From Opitutia bacterium (GTDB lineage Bacteria > Verrucomicrobiota > Verrucomicrobiia > Opitutales > Opitutaceae): 64,000 nucleotides of DNA. Position numbers and translations under genes: made by a program. The stretch lies in the NCBI GenBank assembly GCA_947478395.1, contig CANJVR010000004.1, forward strand, positions 128,001 to 192,000, written 5' to 3'. This document shows, piece after piece, positions 59,763-64,000 of this stretch (position 1 is its first letter; every line of letters starts with the position of its first letter). The notes under the pieces are model-generated. The model was not told the origin of the DNA, made no database searches, and worked only from the letters and a program-made list of their open reading frames with translations.

Positions 59763-60578
59763 AAAGTTTCCGTTCCGCAGAAAACGCACGGCTCGTTTCG
59801 CGGTTTCGGCCCGAGCGGGTAGCCACGTATGCGAATAGGGCAGGACGATGTGCGCTGTCTCACCGGTAAGATGCGTGCTGGTCACCGCGACTTTTCCGTC
59901 GTCCGGTCCTCCGAGCCACGCGGAGAAGATCGGGTTAAACGAAAAATTACCGGCGATCACGCCCAGTTCACCGCGCGTGCCAGGCCACGGCCCTAGCGCG
60001 CGCGGCAAGCTCGCCGGCGCGGGATCAAGGCGCACCCCGTTCACTCCGGTGAGCCAGCGGAAGGGCGGGAAATTTTTCAGACGGGCCGAAACTTCGCTGC
60101 CTTGATTTGGCGGCGCGATCATCACGACCCGGTGAACCCGAGCCTCCGGATGTTCGCGCAAATAAAGCCGCAACAGAATGCCACCCATGGAATGGGTGAC
60201 GAAATGCAACCGCGTCGCCGGGTCCGAAACGTTCGTCCGGAGCTGCGCCGGCAGCCAGTCGCGCGCGAGCGTTTCGAGCGGGATGGTGCGGGAATCATAA
60301 CTTAGATTTACGACCCGAAAGCCCGACGCGGTCAGTGCTCTTTCGAGTCGAACCATCGACGCCCCGCTGCGGCCGAGGCCGTGGAGGAGTACAACGGTTT
60401 CGGGTTGGGCGTGCAGCATGGCGGCGAAAATAATCTGAATGATGAAAAAAAGAAAAATCGATCGGTGAGGGCGCCGGATTTTTTTACAGGAGTAAAACCG
60501 AGGGAGCGAAGGTCGGAACGATTGGTCCTTTTTTCCCTCGTTTGTCCTCCCGCGAAGATGGATTGAGTCCGGTATCAT
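59760..60578 (-). CDS. alpha/beta hydrolase (lipase/esterase-like)
   Basis: VVLLHGL, THSMGG nucleophile elbow, PPNQGS, DDGKV, SHTW. True start probably downstream of 60578. Confidence 0.88.
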   Translation of the reverse strand: MIPDSIHLRGRTNEGKKDQSFRPSLPRFYSCKKIRRPHRSIFLFFIIQIIFAAMLHAQPETVVLLHGLGRSGASMVRLERALTASGFRVVNLSYDSRTIPLETLARDWLPAQLRTNVSDPATRLHFVTHSMGGILLRLYLREHPEARVHRVVMIAPPNQGSEVSARLKNFPPFRWLTGVNGVRLDPAPASLPRALGPWPGTRGELGVIAGNFSFNPIFSAWLGGPDDGKVAVTSTHLTGETAHIVLPYSHTWLPARAETAKRAVRFLRNGNF

Positions 60579-61438
60579 CGCCGGTCCCGCAGCCCGACCG
60601 CGGCTCGCAGGGTGACGGCCACTAGCACCACTCCGCCGCCTAGTAACGCGCGCGGGCTCGGTCTTTCGCCGAAGGCGAGGAGCACCCAGATCGGATTGAG
60701 AATCGGTTCGATGACCGGGAGCAGCACGGCTTCCAGTGCGGTCACGTGCCGAATCGCCCGCGCGTAGAGTTGATAGGAGATGCCGAGTTGCACGACGCCG
60801 AGTAAAACGAGTGCGAGCCAGCCGCCGGGCGTGGGGAGATGCGGCGCCGTGAGCATGAATGGCAGGCCGATCCCGAACGCCAGGGCGTTGCCGAGGATGA
60901 TGGATTCAATGGCCGACGAATTCTTTTGTTTCCGCATGAGGAGCGTCATGGCCGCAAACGCGACTCCGCTGAGGACCGCGAGTGCGTTGCCCAACACGCC
61001 GCTGAATTGAAGGTCGTCGGAAAAAAACAAGCCCATCCCAACGAACACCGCCGCGATCGCGCCCCAGTCGGCGCGGGTCGTGCGCTCGCCGAGCAGCCAC
61101 GCGCCAAAGAGCGCGACCCAAACGGGCGCGGTGTATTGGAGCAGAATGGCGTTAGCCGCGGTCGTGAGTTTCGTGGCGGTGACGAAGAGAACGGTGCAAC
61201 CCGCATAAGCGACCGCGGCCCCAAGCTGGAGCGGCGACCACGTGAAACGCAGCGCCCGGCGATTCAGTGCAATTAGAAAAATTGCGGCAATTGCGCCGCG
61301 TCCGCCTGCCACCGCGAGCGGAGGCCAATCGGCGCGTTTGATGAGCAGGCCGCCGAGACTCCAGCACAGAGCGGCCAGAAACAGCTGGCCGACGGCGCGG
61401 GTGTGGTCGGCAGGTTTGCTCACGCGAAGCTCGTGCAT
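60575..61438 (-). CDS. EamA/DMT family transporter
   Basis: LCWSLGGLLIK, TTAANAILLQYTAP, IEPILNPIWV. Confidence 0.9.
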   Translation of the reverse strand: MHELRVSKPADHTRAVGQLFLAALCWSLGGLLIKRADWPPLAVAGGRGAIAAIFLIALNRRALRFTWSPLQLGAAVAYAGCTVLFVTATKLTTAANAILLQYTAPVWVALFGAWLLGERTTRADWGAIAAVFVGMGLFFSDDLQFSGVLGNALAVLSGVAFAAMTLLMRKQKNSSAIESIILGNALAFGIGLPFMLTAPHLPTPGGWLALVLLGVVQLGISYQLYARAIRHVTALEAVLLPVIEPILNPIWVLLAFGERPSPRALLGGGVVLVAVTLRAAVGLRDRR

Positions 61439-61891
61439 GGCGAAGACTGCGGATGTGCGCACGTCGAAAAATAAATCGGCCTGATCCACTCGGCACCGGA
61501 GCGCCATCGCTCGCACGACTGGACTCATGCGGTGGTTTGCGCGAACGCAGGTTTGGATTTCCTCCAGACAAAAGGTAAACGCAGGGTCGGTTGAGTCGCG
61601 CATCGGCAAACGCGGGCTTTCGCGCCTCGCGCGCAGTCTCGGTGTTCGTTTGGGCGCAATCGCGGCCCGTGCTCGCGGCGCGATAGGCCGCGATTTCCGG
61701 TGCCTTCGCGCGATGTCCCCACCACGCGCCCGCTGTGGCTCACGCTTGGATGGCGACCGCAAACCTGCCGCCCGAACTCAGGGCGATTTTGGCCAAACGA
61801 TCCGCGGTCCAATTGAGTGTGGCCGGACCAAACGCTGAGTTTGCCGACCGGAGAAAATTCAGTTCCGGTATTGGTTAGTTCCGTCGCACCC

Positions 61892-62941
61892 ATGAAGCGT
61901 TTTTTATCTCTGCTGATACGCATCGGCCTGATCTTGGGCTCCGTCGCGCAGGTGCTGGCCGCGGTCGCGGTCGATGACGGGCTGGCAAAATTCGGCCGGC
62001 TGACGCGTGGCGACGTCGCGCCCGCGTTTAAGGCCATGGGCCGCGAGGGTAAGGAGGTGAAGCTGGCCGATTTCAAGGGCCGCCCGGTATTGATCGCGTT
62101 TTGCGCGGCGACGGGTCCGCGCGATGCGTTGTTGCAACTCAACGCTGAGTTTCACGACCAAGGTCTCGCGCTGCTGTTAATTTTTTCCGGGACGCCGAAA
62201 GCCGTTTTTGAGGCGTGGGTGGCGAAGAACCCGCCGATTGACGGCGTCACCGTCGCCTGGGACGGCGCAGCGCGCACGGCGCCCGAGAGCATTGCTGGGG
62301 TCATTTTCGGACTGAGCGTGATTCCCGCCACGGGTGTAATCGACCAAGAGGGCAAGCTGGTTGGCGGCTTCGTCGGCTTCGGTTCGCAGTCGCCGCAGTT
62401 CGCGAGTTCGCTGCTGGTCGCGGCGGGATTGAAGTCCCCCACGCCGGTGTCGCCGCCTCCGGGCGCGGGTGAAAACGGTCCGCCTACGCTCGTCGTTGGA
62501 GCCGTCGCGCCGGATTTTTCCACGACCGATATCACCGCTAAGTTGGTCAAGATTTCTGATTACGCGGGAAAAATCGTCGTCTTGGATTTCTGGGCGACTT
62601 GGTGCGGCCCGTGCGTCGTCTCGATGCAGCACGCGGAAAAAGTTGGAGCGGCGACGAAAACGCAGGGCGTGGTTGTGCTCGCTTCGTGCACCAGCGACAC
62701 GCGCCAGGCTTTCGAGGAGTGGCTCAAGAAAAACCAGCCGACTTATCCGTCGCTCGTGTTTTCCCACGATGCGGCGGAGCGGGGTGAAGCGCGGGCGGCG
62801 CGCAAACTCTATGGGGTGACGGGCATCCCCACGCAGTTCGTGATCGGCCGTGACGGGAAGATTGTCGCGGTGAACGTCGGCTACGGCGAAGGGGATACGC
62901 GGCTCGAGGAAGAATTGAAATCGCTCGGCGTGAAATTCTGA
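61892..62941 (+). CDS. TlpA-like redoxin with two thioredoxin-fold domains
   Basis: Second domain LDFWATWCGPC...GIPT; first domain similar but lacks CxxC; signal peptide present. Confidence 0.88.
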   Translation: MKRFLSLLIRIGLILGSVAQVLAAVAVDDGLAKFGRLTRGDVAPAFKAMGREGKEVKLADFKGRPVLIAFCAATGPRDALLQLNAEFHDQGLALLLIFSGTPKAVFEAWVAKNPPIDGVTVAWDGAARTAPESIAGVIFGLSVIPATGVIDQEGKLVGGFVGFGSQSPQFASSLLVAAGLKSPTPVSPPPGAGENGPPTLVVGAVAPDFSTTDITAKLVKISDYAGKIVVLDFWATWCGPCVVSMQHAEKVGAATKTQGVVVLASCTSDTRQAFEEWLKKNQPTYPSLVFSHDAAERGEARAARKLYGVTGIPTQFVIGRDGKIVAVNVGYGEGDTRLEEELKSLGVKF

Positions 62942-62992
62942 AGCACGTAGCGCCGCGCTGGGGCGGTTTAATTTTTTCCGTGGCTGTATGGT

Positions 62993-63062
62993 ATAGCGGC
63001 AGGCGTCCCTGCCTGCCGGGTTCGGCGTCCTCGTTTCGGCAGGCAGGGACGCCTGCCGCTAC
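62993..63062. repeat. REP-like inverted pair (family A, second copy)
   Basis: TAGCGGCAGGCGTCCCTGCCTGCC...GGCAGGCAGGGACGCCTGCCGCTAC. Confidence 0.85.
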
Positions 63063-63115
63063 CTCGTTCGCGGCTACGCTTTTGCCTGAACCGCTCTAGT
63101 CGTGCCAAAATTTCA

Positions 63116-64000
63116 TCATCCCTTCACCGCATCGAGCACGACGCTCGGACGGAGTAGTTCGGGCAGAATGACGGGTTCGGTTTTCCCGGGGAGCCAGACG
63201 ACGTTGAACGGAACCGCACTGCGCTGGTATTTCGCGAGCTCGGCGGTGATCTGCGGATCTTTGTTCGTCCAGTCGCCGCGCAACGTGACGATTTTCTTGT
63301 CGCGGAAAGTTTTCAGCACCTCCTCCGAGTGGAATACGATCTTTTTGTTCGTCTGACAGGTGGCGCACCAGCGGGCCGTGAAATCGACGTACACCGTGCG
63401 GCCCTCGGCTTGAAGTTTGGCGACGGCTTCGGGGCTCCATTTTTCCCAGACGACATCGGTCGGCGTGGCGGGCATCGGCCAGCCAGTCCACAGGCCGAGC
63501 GCAAAAACCGCGGCGCCCGCGATAAAGCCGAAGCGCGTGCGCCCCGGTTTGGCCCCCGGCTGATTGTATCGGCCATAGACCCACACGCCGAGGGCGATGA
63601 GCACGAGGCCGAACAGCGCCATCAACGAACCGTTCTCGGTGGTCTGCCCGGCGAGCACCCACGCGAGGTAGGCGACAGTGGCATAAAGCGGGAAGGCCAT
63701 GAACTGCTTGAATGTTTCCATCCACGCGCCGGGGCGGGGGAGAATTTTAACGGCGGCGGGAAAAATCGAGAGGAGCAGATAAGGCGTCGCCAACCCGATC
63801 GCGATCGCGGTGAAAACCGCGAACGATTCGACCGTGCTCAACGTCAGCGCCGCGCCGAGAGCCGGGGCAAGAAAGGGTGCGCTGCAAGGCGTGGCGACAA
63901 CCGTCGCGAGCACGCCGGTGAAAAATGAACCGGCCAGCCCTGATTTGACCTGGAGATTTGAACCGACGCCGGTCGCCGCGAGACCGAACTCGAACACGCC
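63116..64000 (-). CDS. dsbD: DsbD-family protein-disulfide reductase (partial, C-terminal part)
   Basis: ATPCSAPFL, LPRPGAWM, VDFTARWCATC. Confidence 0.88.
   Translation of the reverse strand, partial: GVFEFGLAATGVGSNLQVKSGLAGSFFTGVLATVVATPCSAPFLAPALGAALTLSTVESFAVFTAIAIGLATPYLLLSIFPAAVKILPRPGAWMETFKQFMAFPLYATVAYLAWVLAGQTTENGSLMALFGLVLIALGVWVYGRYNQPGAKPGRTRFGFIAGAAVFALGLWTGWPMPATPTDVVWEKWSPEAVAKLQAEGRTVYVDFTARWCATCQTNKKIVFHSEEVLKTFRDKKIVTLRGDWTNKDPQITAELAKYQRSAVPFNVVWLPGKTEPVILPELLRPSVVLDAVKG

Overview
GC-rich bacterial chromosome segment that looks like Verrucomicrobiota/Opitutaceae (inferred from the DUF1592/DUF1552 pair and the lineage-typical hypothetical genes). Host backbone: DUF1552/DUF1592, guaA-hisD-hisC-hisB and a Tat-signal UxuA-family gene on the left; a GH2-alginate lyase fusion, Bcr/CflA MFS, PPK2/pap, two EamA transporters, a TlpA-like and a DsbD-like gene on the right. 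Between them is a ~37 kb composite genomic island (about 10529-47426). It begins inside a tRNA-Ile2(CAU) gene, of which only the 5' 43 nt remain, and ends at a 12-nt copy of that tRNA's 3' end. The island carries, next to an xis-like gene and a 5'-truncated tyrosine integrase, its own complete tRNA-Ile2 gene. That copy is interrupted by a 229-nt Azoarcus-type group I intron inserted at CAU^AAUCC, inside the presumed integration core. This suggests an element that breaks a normally essential tRNA and complements it with an intron-shielded copy (the headline hypothesis). Other cargo is defence-like: a translationally coupled operon of PLD-SNF2 helicase, type IIG-like MTase, Abi/DRT-class reverse transcriptase and GHKL-REase; a PD-(D/E)XK/AAA pair; a divergent DAC-domain gene beside an REase-STAND NTPase; Fic and a TA pair. 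It also has a degenerate relaxase-like ORF behind a 42-bp-phased heptamer array and a repeat-flanked AT-rich block. All protein calls are from motif recognition by eye; no searches were run.
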